A stretch of DNA of 64,000 nucleotides, taken from the NCBI GenBank assembly GCA_964016885.1, contig OZ024757.1:25172001-25236000 (forward strand), read 5' to 3'. Position 1 is the stretch's first letter; the number at the start of each line of letters is the position of its first letter. Below, in pieces: positions 27,314 to 40,282 of the stretch. The position numbers and the translations under genes were made by a program. Below the pieces are notes generated by a model. The model worked only from the letters and a program-made list of their open reading frames with translations, did not search any database and was not told the origin of the DNA. This DNA is from Eledone cirrhosa (lineage: Eukaryota).

Positions 27314-28775
27314 AGCTCGGAGATCAGAGAGTCACTCCAGGTAGAGCTGCTACTTCTCTGAATTGAGAGATCATACCAGTGATACTATGGGTATGTGGTT
27401 AGAATGTCTCAAGAAAGAATTGCTGGATAGATTTGTAGCTCAGAGATCAGAAAGTCACTCCAGGTAGGGCTGCTACTTCTCTGAATTGAGAGATCATACC
27501 AGTGATACTATGGACATGTGTGGTTAGAATGTCTCAAGAAAGAATTGCTGGATAGATTTGTAGCTCAGAGATCAGAAAGTCACTCCAGGTAGGGCTGCTA
27601 CTTCTCTGAATTGAGAGATCATACCAGTGATACTATGGACATGTGTGGTTAGAATGTCTCAAGAAAGAATTGCTGGATAGATTTGTAGCTCAGAGATCAG
27701 AAAGTCACTCCAGGTAGGGCTGCTACTTCTCTGAATTGAGAGATCATACCAGTGATACTATGGACATGTGTGGTTAGAATGTCTCAAGAAAGAATTGCTG
27801 GATAGATTTGTAGCTCAGAGATCAGAAAGTCACTCCAGGTAGGGCTGCTACTTCTCTGAATTGAGAGATCATACCAGTGATACTATGGACATGTGTGGTT
27901 AGAATGTCTCAAGAAAGAATTGCTGGATAGATTTGTAGCTCAGAGATCAGAAAGTCACTCCAGGTAGGGCTGCTACTTCTCTGAATTGAGAGATCATACC
28001 AGTGATACTATGGACATGTGTGGTTAGAATGTCTCAAGAAAGAATTGCTGGATAGATTTGTAGCTCAGAGATCAGAAAGTCACTCCAGGTAGGGCTGCTA
28101 CTTCTCTGAATTGAGAGATCATACCAGTGATACTATGGGTATGTGGTTAGAATGTCTCAAGAAAGAATTGCTGGATAGATTTGTAGCTCAGAGATCAGAA
28201 AGTCACTCCAGGTAGGGCTGCTACTTCTCTGAATTGAGAGATCATACCAGTGATACTATGGGTATGTGGTTAGAATGTCTCAAGAAAGAATTGCTGGATA
28301 GATTTGTAGCTCAGAGATCAGAAAGTCACTCCAGGTAGGGCTGCTACTTCTCTGAATTGAGAGATCATACCAGTGATACTATGGGTATGTGGTTAGAATG
28401 TCTCAAGAAAGAATTGCTGGATAGATTTGTAGCTCAGAGATCAGAAAGTCACTCCAGGTAGGGCTGCTACTTCTCTGAATTGAGAGATCATACCAGTGAT
28501 ACTATGGGTATGTGGTTAGAATGTCTCAAGAAAGAATTGCTGGATAGATTTGTAGCTCAGAGATCAGAAAGTCACTCCAGGTAGGGCTGCTACTTCTCTG
28601 AATTGAGAGATCATACCAGTGATACTATGGACATGTGTGGTTAGAATGTCTCAAGAAAGAATTGCTGGATAGATTTGTAGCTCAGAGATCAGAAAGTCAC
28701 TCCAGGTAGGGCTGCTACTTCTCTGAATTGAGAGATCATACCAGTGATACTATGGACATGTGTGGTTAGAAAGTC
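27314..28775 (+). repeat. tandem array of 12 x 123/125-bp units derived from RTE C-terminal coding sequence
   Basis: Unit starts at 27314, 27437, 27562, 27687, 27812, 27937, 28062, 28185, 28308, 28431, 28554, 28679; translates as SSEIRKSLQV.LLL*IERS..YYG.VVRMSQERIAG. Confidence 0.95.
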
Positions 28776-28995
28776 TCAGGAAATAATCGCTGGACAGATT
28801 TTACAGGCAAAACCAACCAGTACTCAGGGGAAGACCCGTGCAAGATGGTCGGATAACACCCTCGAGATTGGCTGGTCTCGCTTGGGGATCCAGCCGGATC
28901 ATGTGGAGATGGTGGCTTCTGACAGGACCTGCTGGAAGAAGTGTTTGAGGTCTTAGCTTTCCCACGGCCCATTCAGGAATAAGTGGGCGAAGTAG
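28776..28995 (+). mobile_element. RTE 3' end continuing from the last array unit
   Basis: AGQILQAKPTSTQGKTRARWSD...DRTCWKK; homologous to 42120-42435 and 39570-40135. Confidence 0.8.
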
Positions 28996-29417
28996 AATCA
29001 GAAAAAGGCTTTGTAGTATTGGGTGGTGGTTGTCTTTCCATCAATTTTCAAAAGAGATTTAGCAAATAATGGCTACGCAAAGAGTGAAGAATAGATATAA
29101 AGGAAAGCTGGTATTAAATATAATCCAAGGATTAGTGTTGAATAATGGACTGGATTGATATGTGAAACATTAACCTCCTTCATTCTAGATAGGAAAACAT
29201 ATGAGAAATTCACATAAAATCACACCACCTATATTTACAAATATATATATGTGTATGCGTATATATGTGTGTGTGTGTATCATCATCATCATATAAGTAT
29301 GTGTTTGTCTGTATATATAAATATATATGTGTGTGTGTATATATATATATAGTAAAAGAGTCATCATCATCGTTTAACATCTATCTTCCACGCTAGCATG
29401 GGTTATATATATATGCT

Positions 29418-29733
29418 AGTGTGGAAACATGGACATTAAATAATTGTTTCTACGTTAGGCACAAGGCCAGCAATTACCCAGTGTATTACTGGTACTTTAT
29501 TTTATCGACCCCGTAAGGATGAAAGGCAAAGCTAACCTCGGCGGGATTTGAACTCAGAATGGCAAGGGCCGTAACTCTATGGCCCTTGCCATTCTGAGTT
29601 CAAATCCCGCCGAGGTTAACTTTGCCTTTCATCCTTACGGGGTCGATAAAATAAAGTACCAGTAATACACTGGGTAATTGCTGGCCTTGTGCCTAACGTA
29701 GAAACAATTATTTAATGTCCATGTTTCCACACT
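29418..29733. repeat. palindromic (fold-back) SINE B insertion, 153-bp arms, 10-nt loop
   Basis: Arms 29418-29570 / 29581-29733, one mismatch seen; direct repeat tggacattaaataat at 29430 and 29733. Confidence 0.92.
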
Positions 29734-29754
29734 GGACATTAAATAATGATGATG

Positions 29755-29807
<53 letters not shown>

Positions 29808-30126
29808 TATTCAAATGTATGTTAGCATAAAGTTAACTGCTTCAATTGCAGGTTTTTGACAATGAAAACCAAACAAACAAGTCTCTATGGACTAATATCT
29901 GCTTGTTTAGCTAATGTTTCATTGTGAAAAACTTTAAATTAACATACATTTGAAATATATATATATATATATATTTATATATGAAAAGGTATAGAAATTG
30001 TTGTAGCGAGAAGCTAACAGTATTCCATAACATATGCGACTATAGCGTCAAAATGGAAAAAATAGTTAACGTAAGATGTGGGAAATATATTAACAAATGG
30101 AAACTATATTTATAAAACCATATTTA

Positions 30127-30187
30127 TTTCATTATACATATTTCAAGAACACCAAAGCAAATTATGGTGCACTTTCATCAGATAAAA
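30127..30187 (-). ncRNA. minimal type-I hammerhead ribozyme motif within an inverted repeat (30085-30300)
   Basis: rc: ttttat CTGATGA aagtgcacca-taatttgctt-tggtgttctt GAAA tatgta TA atgaaa. Confidence 0.75.
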
Positions 30188-30887
30188 TATAATATAGATC
30201 AGTTTTATAAACAAATATTGACATACCCTTAAAAGAATGCGACCATGTATAATGAAATAAATATGGTTTTATAAATATAGTTTCCATTTGTTAATATATT
30301 GTATTTTTACTCCAAAAATTTTGTTGAATGCTTTATATCAGTTATAAAAATATTTGCTTATTGTATCCCAACAAATTAAATATAACTTCTACATATATAT
30401 ATATATATGATAGCTGCCCCCTCGTTATCGAGTATGGTAATATAATTATTAATTAATTCTATCGTACAATGTTGTGCATGAAGATTTTTTTAAAAGTGAG
30501 GAAAGGCTGCACACTGAGCCAATCCCACTCTCTGAGCGACAGTAGCTATAACCTGAAAAGAAGAAAAGATCAACATCATCGGTAACTACTGAGCCACGGG
30601 TTTTATGTCGGAGTTATCCCAGTTTCCTGAGTTGAGGCTAGGGGTCCTTCATTCCCAGTGGTTTATCCATGCAATCGGGTATCCAGCCCGATTATTTCTA
30701 TGTCCCCGCGCATATACATACACATATATACATGTATATATATGTGTGTTAAATATTTCCGTAGAAAAGGTAGAGGAAAGAAGAGTGCTCTATGTATTGT
30801 ACAGAGCTATTTAATTACATAATTTTGTCCGACGAATGAGCTAGATGTTTCTTGAAACACACACACAGACATATATATATATACATT

Positions 30888-31228
30888 ATGGAGACGCATG
30901 GCTTAGTGGTTAGAGCATTGGCCTTGCAATCGAAAGGTTGTGAGTTCAATTCACAGACTGGGTGATGTGTTGTTTCCTTGAGCAAGATACTTTATTTCAC
31001 ATTGCTCCAGTTTACCCAGCTGTAGAAATGAGATGATAGGGACTGGGGTCCTTATCATTCCACTGAAAACTAGTCGTGGAGGTGCCATGGCAAAAAAGCA
31101 CCCAGCACTCACTGTAAATGAGGTTGGTGTTAGGAAGGGCATCCAGCTGTAGAAATCAAGCCCGAATCAGTTCCCGTCCCACCCTTGCAGCAGGGAAAAG
31201 CAGACGTAAAATGATGACAAAATGATGA
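30888..31228 (+). mobile_element. tRNA-SINE family A
   Basis: same consensus as other copies. Confidence 0.88.
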
Positions 31229-31366
31229 CATTACTGACTCTCTAAAAATAAAGTTATTTGACACACTCTACATTACTGTAGATATACAGACATTTAAAAC
31301 TATATACTATATATATATATATATAATTTCATCATCATCATTTATATATATATATATATATATATA

Positions 31367-32182
31367 TAAAACCTACTACAGTCAGTAGGCATCTCTAACA
31401 AAATACACCCCCGTCCCACCCACCCCAACCCATCCACACCGCCCCTTTCAATGTAAAGTTATGTTGGTGCCACAACATCCAGGCCGAAACAAATGAGATC
31501 GTGTAGGTGTCACGTCAAAAAACACACAGTTCACGCTGTAATGTGGCCGTGTAGGCAACACGGTAAAAACCTCCCAGCCCCACACTGTAAATGTGGTTGG
31601 TGTTAGGAAGGGCATCCAGCTGTAAAAAACCTGCCAGACAGTCCTATGCGAGCAAGATAACCACTCTTGCCTCAAGTGGGAAAACCCCCGTCCAAACCCA
31701 TGCAAGCGTGGAACACGGACGTTAAACGATGATGATGATGATGATATATGAGAGACGTAAAATAAGAAAATTATACTATATATATATCATCATCATCATC
31801 ATCATCATCAACGTTTAACGTCCGTGTTCCACGCTTGCATGGGTTTGGACGGGGGTAGTCCCACTTGAGGCAAGAGTGATTGTCTTGCTCGCATAGGACT
31901 GTCTAGCAGGTTTTCTACAGTTGGATGCCCTTCCTAACACCAACCACATTTACAGTGTGGGCCTGGGAGGTTTTTACCGTGTTGCCTACACGGCCACATT
32001 ACAGCGTGGACTGTGTGTTTTTTTGTCGTGACACCTACACGATCTCATTTGTTTCGGCCTGGATGGTGTGGCACCAACATAACTTTACATAGAACGGGGT
32101 GGTGTGGATGGGGTGGGGGTGGTAGGACGGGGGGGGGGGGGGGGTATTTTGTTAGAGATGCCTACTGGCTGTAGTAGGTTTC
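31367..32182. mobile_element. tail-to-tail inverted pair of RTE-3'UTR elements
   Basis: 31367-31745 (+) and 31786-32182 (-) both match the 3'UTR at 1884-2258. Confidence 0.88.
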
Positions 32183-32729
32183 ATATATATATATATGAAA
32201 AATATGGGTGAGAAGAATACTGCTGGTTGCACATGGATAACATGTTATAAAATGAGTCCCTCATCAGTGATTTACCAAACGATCATGGGTATTTCATCGC
32301 ATTAAAAATCATATACCTCACGTTGGAGCGATAATAACTAAAATAAGTTATTAGGACAATAGAAACGTGTAAAGCGAGTGAGACAAGTAAACAACACAGG
32401 TTGAAGCTAACCGAAGATATATATATTATATATATATCATATACGACACAAATTATTTACTGTAAATAATTCAATCAACACTATACTAAGAGAAAGAATT
32501 GCTGGACAGATTTTAAGGGCAAAACCAACCAGGGGGAAGGAGACCCTGAGAAAAATGGACACTGCCTGAACAAATACATATACAAACACTGACAGATACA
32601 CACACACATTGACACATACACACTGTCACACATGCATACACACACACACACACACTGACAAATCTATAATGAAATCATCTATTTGAACTTTAGCCAATGT
32701 AAACTGCAGTTATTTATAACATCTCTTAC

Positions 32730-32898
32730 ATCTTGTTGTTGGTGGTGGTGTTGTTGTTGGTGGTGGTGTTGTTGTTGTTGGTGGTGGTGTTGTTATTATT
32801 GATGTTGTTGTTGGTGGTGTTGATGTTGTTGTTGGTGGTGTTGTTGTTGTTGGTGGTGTTGTTGTTGTTGGTGGTGTTGTTGTTGTTGGTGGTGGTGG

Positions 32899-32929
<31 letters not shown>

Positions 32930-33820
32930 GTTGGTGTTGATGTTGTTGTTGTTGTTGTTGGTGGTGGTGGTGTTGTTGTTGGTGGTGTTGTTGTTGTTGG
33001 TGGTGGTGTTGTTGTTGTTGGTGGTGGTGGTGTTGTTGTTGTTGGTGGTGTTGTTGTTGGTGGTGGTGTTGTTGTTGGTGGTGGTGTTGTTGTTGTTGTT
33101 GGTGGTGGTGTTGTTGTTGGTGGTGGTGGTGGTGGTGGTGTTGTTGTTGGTGTTGGTGGTGTTGTTGTTGTTGTTGGTGGTGGTGTTGGTGGTGGTGGTG
33201 TTGTTAGTGGTGGTGGTGGTGTTGATGGTGGTGTTGTTGGTGGTGTTGTTGTTGTTGTTGGTGTTGGTGGTGGTGGTGTTGTTGTTAGTGGTGGTGGTGT
33301 TGTTGTTGTTAGTGGTGGTGGTGGTGTTGTTGTTGGTGGTGGTGTTGTTGGTGGTGGTGTTGGTGTTGTTGGTGGTGGTGTTGTTGTTGTTGGTGTTGTT
33401 GGTGGTGGTGTTGGTGTTGTTGGTGGTGGTGGTGTTGATGTTGTTGTTGGTGTTGTTGGTGGTGGTGTTGTTGTTGTTGGTGGTGGTGGTGTTGTTGTTA
33501 TTGGTGGTGGTGGTGGTGTTGATGGTGGTGGTGGTGTTGTTGTTGTTAGTGGTGGTGTTGATGGTGGTGGTGGTGGTGTTGTTGGTGGTGGTGGTGCTGG
33601 TGTTGTTGTTATTAGTGGTGTTGATGGTGGTAAGGATGTGGTGGTGGTTGTTGTTGGTGGTTGTGTGGTTGTTGTTGTTGGTCGTGGTGTAGTCATTATT
33701 ATTATTGTTGTTGTTATTGCTGTTACTGTTGTTGCTGTCACTCTTCTTGTAGTCAATGATGCTGTTGTTGTTGTTATTGTTGTTGTAGGTATTTGATGTT
33801 GGTTTTTTTAAAGATTTATT
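32730..33820 (-). CDS. candidate Asn/Thr-rich low-complexity exon of the host gene
   Basis: attctctgacattcAG|aat aaa tct (phase 0) NKSLKKPTSNTYNNN..., open for 1091 nt to aagat|GTaaga. Confidence 0.4.
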
Positions 33821-33919
33821 CTGAATGTCAGAGAATATTTCGATCATTTTCCATTTGAAATAGAGAAACACATGTGGGACATTCTCTACATGTTCTTTAT
33901 GGAACATGTTCTACACTTA

Positions 33920-33967
33920 AACAGGGACACTTTTATCCAAACAACAAAAGCGCCTTGATGGCATCTA

Positions 33968-34006
<39 letters not shown>

Positions 34007-34031
34007 CTTGATGGTACCTACACTACTACTG

Positions 34032-34065
<34 letters not shown>

Positions 34066-35008
34066 CTTGATGGCACCTACACTACTACTACTACTACTAC
34101 TTCTACTACTACTACTACTACTACTACCTTGATGGTACCTACACTACTACTACTACTACCTTGATGGTACCTACACTACTACTACTACTACTACTGCTAC
34201 TACTACTACCTTGATGGCACCTACACTACTACTACTACTACTTCTACTACTACTGCTACCTTGATGGCACCTACACTACTACTACTACTACTTCTACTAC
34301 TACTACCTTGATGGCACCTACACTACTACTACTACTACTACTACCTTGATGGCACCTACACTACTACTACTACTTCTACTACTACTACCTTGATGGCACC
34401 TACACTACTACTACTACTACTACTACCTTGATGGTACCTACACTACTACTACTACTACTACTGCTACTACTACCTTGATGGCACCTACACTACTACTACT
34501 ACTACTATTACCTTGATGGCACCTACACTACTACTACTACTACTTCTACTATCTTGATGGCACCTACACTACTACTACTACTACTACTGCTACTACTACT
34601 ACCTTGATGGCACCTACACTACTACTACTACTACTACTTCTACTATCTTGATGGCACTTACACTCGCCTGCTTCAACGCATTCAGAACTTAAGCTGGTGA
34701 CACCTGACTTTGAGAAAGATATATGCCGGCCTCCCACGCATATCTGTCGTTGTGCGTAAAAGGAGAGTAAGATTTGCTGGCCACTGCCATCATGCCACCT
34801 ACGAGGCTGTGTCCCCTTTAGTGCTTTGGAAACCAAAAGCAGTCACTAATAACAGGGGGCGCAAGCTCTCCTGTCCTGATGTCATCTCCAGAGATTCTGG
34901 TATTGAAATCCAGGATTTGGCAACAGCAATGAACGACAGACCCACGTGGAGATCAATTGTTGAGTCCATTTCGGCTGAGGCCTCCGGATGATGATGATGA
35001 TGATGATG
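33920..35008 (+). mobile_element. RTE 3' fragment split by a repeat/(CTA)n array
   Basis: KQQKRLDGIYT ... LDGTYTRLLQRIQNLSW ... RRVRFAGHC ... DRPTWRSIV + (gat)n. Confidence 0.8.
33952..34662 (+). repeat. array of ~16 copies of ccttgatgg(c/t)acctaca separated by variable (CTA)n
   Basis: direct. Confidence 0.92.
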
Positions 35009-35180
35009 AACATATTGTGTGAGCAACACATTCTGTGTGGGACATGTTCTATGTGGGACTGTGTGGGGAAAATTGAATGAAACATGTGGAATATGTTGTA
35101 TGTGGAATACATCATGTGTAGAACATGTTCACATAGAAATACACACATACACAGAGCCAGATAGATCTACACATACACAT

Positions 35181-35247
<67 letters not shown>

Positions 35248-35731
35248 CAGAAGACCCGACCCCCCACGGGTACAAGCCGAAGCTGAAGCATATAGACAAT
35301 ATGCCCCCACAACCTCCCACTGTAAAGTGGTTGTGGAAGTGCCACGGAAAAAAAGCACCCAGCACTCACTGTAAATGGGGTTGGTGTTAGGAAGGGCATC
35401 CAGCTGTAGATATCAAGCCAGAATCAGTTCCCGTATGAGCAAGACAAGGTCAGCTGACCGGACACTGCCCACAACAGGACAACCCGTCTAACCCATGCTA
35501 GCGTGGAAGAACAGACGTAAAACGGTGATGATGATGATGATGATATATATATATATATATATACATGGGCAGAGGTGTTGAGAACAGACCTCAGATCGCT
35601 GAAACTCATGGTGGAGATGACGAAGGACCGTGACAAGTGGAGAGATGCTGTGCTGAATAGGACTTGTCCCACCCTTGCAAGCAGGGAAAAGCGGACGGAA
35701 AATGATGATGATTATGATGATGATGATATAT

Positions 35732-36394
35732 GTGAAGGCGCATGGCTTAGTGGTTAGAACATTGGCCTTGCAATCGAAAGGTTGTGAGTTCAATTCTCAG
35801 ACCGGGTGATGTGTTGTTTCCTTGAGCAAGACACTTTATTTCACATTGCTCCAGTTTACTCAGCTGTAGAAATGAGATGATAGGGACTGGGGTCCCTATC
35901 ATTCCACTGCAGCACTCACTGTAAATGAGTTTGGTGTTAGGAAGGGCATCCAGCTGTAGAAATCAAGCCAGTTCCCGTCCCACCCTTGCAAGCAGGGAAA
36001 AGCGAACGTAAAAAAATGATTATGATGATGATGATATATATATATATATATATATCATCATCATCATCATTTTACGTCCGCTTTTTCCCTGCTTGCAAGG
36101 GTGGGACGGGAACTGATTCTGGCTTGATTTCTACAGCTGGATGCCCTTCCTAACACCAACCTCATTTACAGTGAGTGCTGGGTGCTTTTTTTCCGTGGCA
36201 CCTACACGACCACTTTGCAGTGGAATGAGAGGGACCCCAGTCCCTATCATCTCATTTCTACAGCTGAGTAAACTGGATCAATGTGAAATAAAGTGTCTTG
36301 CTCAAGGAAACAACACATCACCCGGTCTGAGAATTGAACTCACAACCTTTCGATTGCAAGGCCAATGCTCTTACCACTAAGCCATGCGCCTTCA
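35732..36394. mobile_element. tail-to-tail inverted pair of tRNA-SINE A copies
   Basis: 35732-36034 (+) and 36055-36394 (-) separated only by (AT)n. Confidence 0.9.
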
Positions 36395-36555
36395 TATATA
36401 TATGTACATATATATGTATATATATATATATATACAACCTTCTAATAATTATATAATTGTCCAATGGCTTGAAGCCATCTCATTAGAAAACTGTTTAGTC
36501 ATTCATTGATTTTTATATATATATATAAGGGTATTTATGTATGTGCCTGTGTGTG

Positions 36556-36586
<31 letters not shown>

Positions 36587-36648
36587 TTGTGTGGTTGTGT
36601 GTGTGTTTGTGTGTGTGTGTTTGTGTGTTTGTATGTTTGTGTGTGTTT

Positions 36649-36742
<94 letters not shown>

Positions 36743-37062
36743 GAAACCTTAGAGGAAATTATACAACAATAACATCATCTTTAGAAATATTAAATCTTGC
36801 CTAAATCTCCAAATATCAACAACAACAACAACAACAGCAGAAACAACAATAACATCCACAACAACAACAACAACAACAGCAACCACAACATCATCAACAA
36901 TATATTTATATACTCATACATAGAAATGAATGTATATACAAATACACACACATACAGACATATACACACATACACACATGTACAGACATATACACACATA
37001 CACATACACACACACACATACATATACACATATGAACCAGTGTGTTGAAAAAAATCCTAGTG

Positions 37063-37224
37063 CATAAAAATACAGAGTTCAAGGTAACAAATGCCCCAGC
37101 ATGGCCTCAGTCTAATGACTAAAACCAGCGAAAGAATATAAAAGAGTTAAAAACTGGAATTTGAAGATGATGATGATGGTGATGATGGTGATGATGATGA
37201 TGGTGATGGTGATGATGATGATGG

Positions 37225-37256
<32 letters not shown>

Positions 37257-37881
37257 GTGGTGATGCTGATGATGGTGGTGATCATGGTAATGATGGTGAT
37301 GGTGATGATGGTGATGGTGATGGTGGTGATGGTGATGGTGATGATGATGGTGATGATGATGGTGGTGGTGATGGTGATGGTGGTGATGGTGATGGTGATG
37401 ATGATGATGATGATGATGATGGTAATGCTGATGATGATGATGGTGGTGATGATGATGATGGTGATGCTGATGATGGTAGTGATCATGGTAATGATGGTGA
37501 TGGTGATGATGGTAATGGTGATGATGATGATGGTGATGATGATGATGGTGATGATGATGATGGTGATGATATATAAAAATACAGAGTTCAAGGTAACAAA
37601 TGCCCCAGCATGGCCTCAGTCTAATGACTAAAACCAGTGAAAGAATATAAAAGAGTTAAAAACTGGAATTTGAAGAAGAAAATGAAGATGATGATGATGA
37701 TGATGATGACGATGATGATGATCATCATCATCATGGTGATGATGATGATCATGGTGATGATAATGATGGTGATGATATATAAAAAAACAGAGTTCAAGGT
37801 AATGAATGCCCCAGCATGGCCACAGTCTAACGACTAAAACCAGTGAAAGAATATAAAAGAGTTAAAAACTGGAATTTGAAA
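37063..37881 (+). repeat. three ~103-bp direct repeats spaced by (GAT)n tracts
   Basis: ataaaaatacagagttcaaggtaac...aaactggaatttgaa at 37063, 37572, 37778. Confidence 0.9.
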
Positions 37882-38467
37882 AGTCAGAAATTGTGATTAA
37901 AGCTGCCCAATATATTAAGTTCAATAAGGAAGAACAAAGCTAAGTTCAATAACAGGTTAATGTTAGGAATATCTTCTTATTGTAGTCTAAGACTTTTTAT
38001 TCTTTAAACTTTAGAATATGGAAAGTTTGCTAAATATTCATTTTTTTTTTTTTTATATATATACAATATACTGCATCACGCAGTAATACAGAGTACCCGA
38101 CCTCCCATGGGTACAAGCTGAAGCATATAGACAATATGCCCCCACAACCTCCCACTGCAAGGTGGTCGTGGAGGTGCCGCGGCAAAAAAGCACCCAGCCC
38201 CCACTGTAAAGTGGACGTGTAGGCGCCACGGAAAAAGGACCCAGTACTCACTGTAAATGAGGTTGGTGTTAGGAAGGGCATCCAGCTGTAGAAATCAAGC
38301 CAAAATCAGTTCCTGTATGAGCAAGGCATGGTCAGCCGACCAGACACTGCCCACAACAGGACAACCCGTCTAACCCATGCTAGCGTGGAAGAATGGACGT
38401 AAAACGGTGATGATGATGATGATGATACACAACGCATGGTAAAGGTGTAAAAGATGGAATCAAATCA

Positions 38468-39563
38468 AACATACACACAAACACACACTTACACACACAC
38501 AACACACACTTACACACACACAACACACACTTACACACACACAACACACTTGCACACACACAACACACACTTGCACACACACAACACACACTTACACACA
38601 CACAAACACACACTTACACACACACAAACACACACTTACACACACACAAACACACACGTACACACACACAAACACACACTTACACACACACAACACACAC
38701 TTACACACACACAACACACACTTACACACACTTACACACACACAACACACACTTACACACACACAACACACACTTGCACACACACAACACACACTTGCAC
38801 ACACACAACACACACTTACACACACACAAACACACACTTACACACACACAACACACACTTACACACACACAACACACACACACACACAACACACACTTAC
38901 ACACACACAACACACACTTACACACACACAACACACACTTACACACACACAACACACACTTACACACACACAACACACACAACACACACTTACACACACA
39001 ACACACACAACACACACTTACACACACACAACACACACTTACACACACACAACACACACTTACACACACACAACACAACACACACACAACACACACACAA
39101 CACACACTTACACACACACAACACACACTTACACACACACACAACACACACTTACACACACACAACACACACTTACACACACACAACACACACTTACACA
39201 CACACAACACACACTTACACACACACAACACACACACAACACACACACACACACAACACACACTTACACACACACAACACACACTTACACACACACACAA
39301 CACACACTTACACACACACAACACACACTTACACACACACAACACACACTTACACACACACAACACACACTTACACACACACAACACACACAACACACAC
39401 TTACACAACACACACTTACACACACTTACACACACACACACAACACACACTTACACACACACAACACACACTTACACACACACAACACACACACAACACA
39501 CACTTGCACACACACAACACACACTTGCACACACACAACACACACTTACATACACACAACACA
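38468..39563. repeat. (CA)-based 21-bp minisatellite
   Basis: acacacacttacacacacaca units. Confidence 0.92.
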
Positions 39564-39569
39564 CTTCCT

Positions 39570-40135
39570 TCCTTTGATGACTTATTCCTGAGAGAGTCGT
39601 GGAGGCAGCAGAGTACTCAAACACTCCCTCCAGCAGATCCTGTCGGAAGCAACCATCTCCAACTGATCTGGCTGGATCCCCCAAGCGTGACCAGCCAAGC
39701 TCATGGATGTTATCCAATCATCTTGCTCAGGGTCTACCCCTGGGTCTCCTGTTGGTTTGTTTCGCTCATAAAACCTGTCCAACTATTCTTTCCTAAGATA
39801 TTCTAACCACATGCCCATAATATCAGAGCTGTGAATCTCTCAATTCAGAGAAGTAGCAGCTCTACCTGGAGTGACACTGATTTCCAAGCTGTAAATCTGT
39901 CCAGTGATTCTTTCCTGAGACATTCTAACCACATGCCCGTAGTATCAGAGCTGTGATCTCTCAATTCAGAAAAGTAGCAGCTCTACCTGGAGTGACTCTC
40001 TTATCTCTAAGCTATAAATCTGTCCAGCAATTCTTTCCTGAGACATTCTAACCAGATGTCCATAGTATCGGAGATTTGATCTCTCAATTTGGAGAATTAG
40101 CAGCTCTACCTGGAGTGACTCTCTTCTCTCCAAGC
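39570..40135 (-). mobile_element. RTE 3' fragment with ~3 diverged tandem copies of the same unit as 27314-28775
   Basis: tctctcaattcagagaagtagcagctctacctggagtgac at ~39835, 39956, 40080. Confidence 0.85.
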
Positions 40136-40282
40136 ACACACACAGATCAATAAATAATTACACCAAATTAAACACATCACAACCAACACTGCCACTATCA
40201 TCACCACCACAAATCATGATTGGCCGGCTACAGCCAGTTTGAACAAAAAGAGGTGAGAGAATTCTGGGTGGATACGGCCAGT

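Noticed and set aside
26778-27344. Extensin-like Pro/Ser-rich ORF
   Set aside because: Entirely minisatellite, open in several frames on both strands, no convincing splice or start context
32225-32280. CTGATGA on minus strand as a hammerhead
   Set aside because: No stem II or GAAA follows
35250-35310. Twister-like gggtacaagcc word
   Set aside because: Remaining twister elements (UAA loop, pseudoknots) could not be placed
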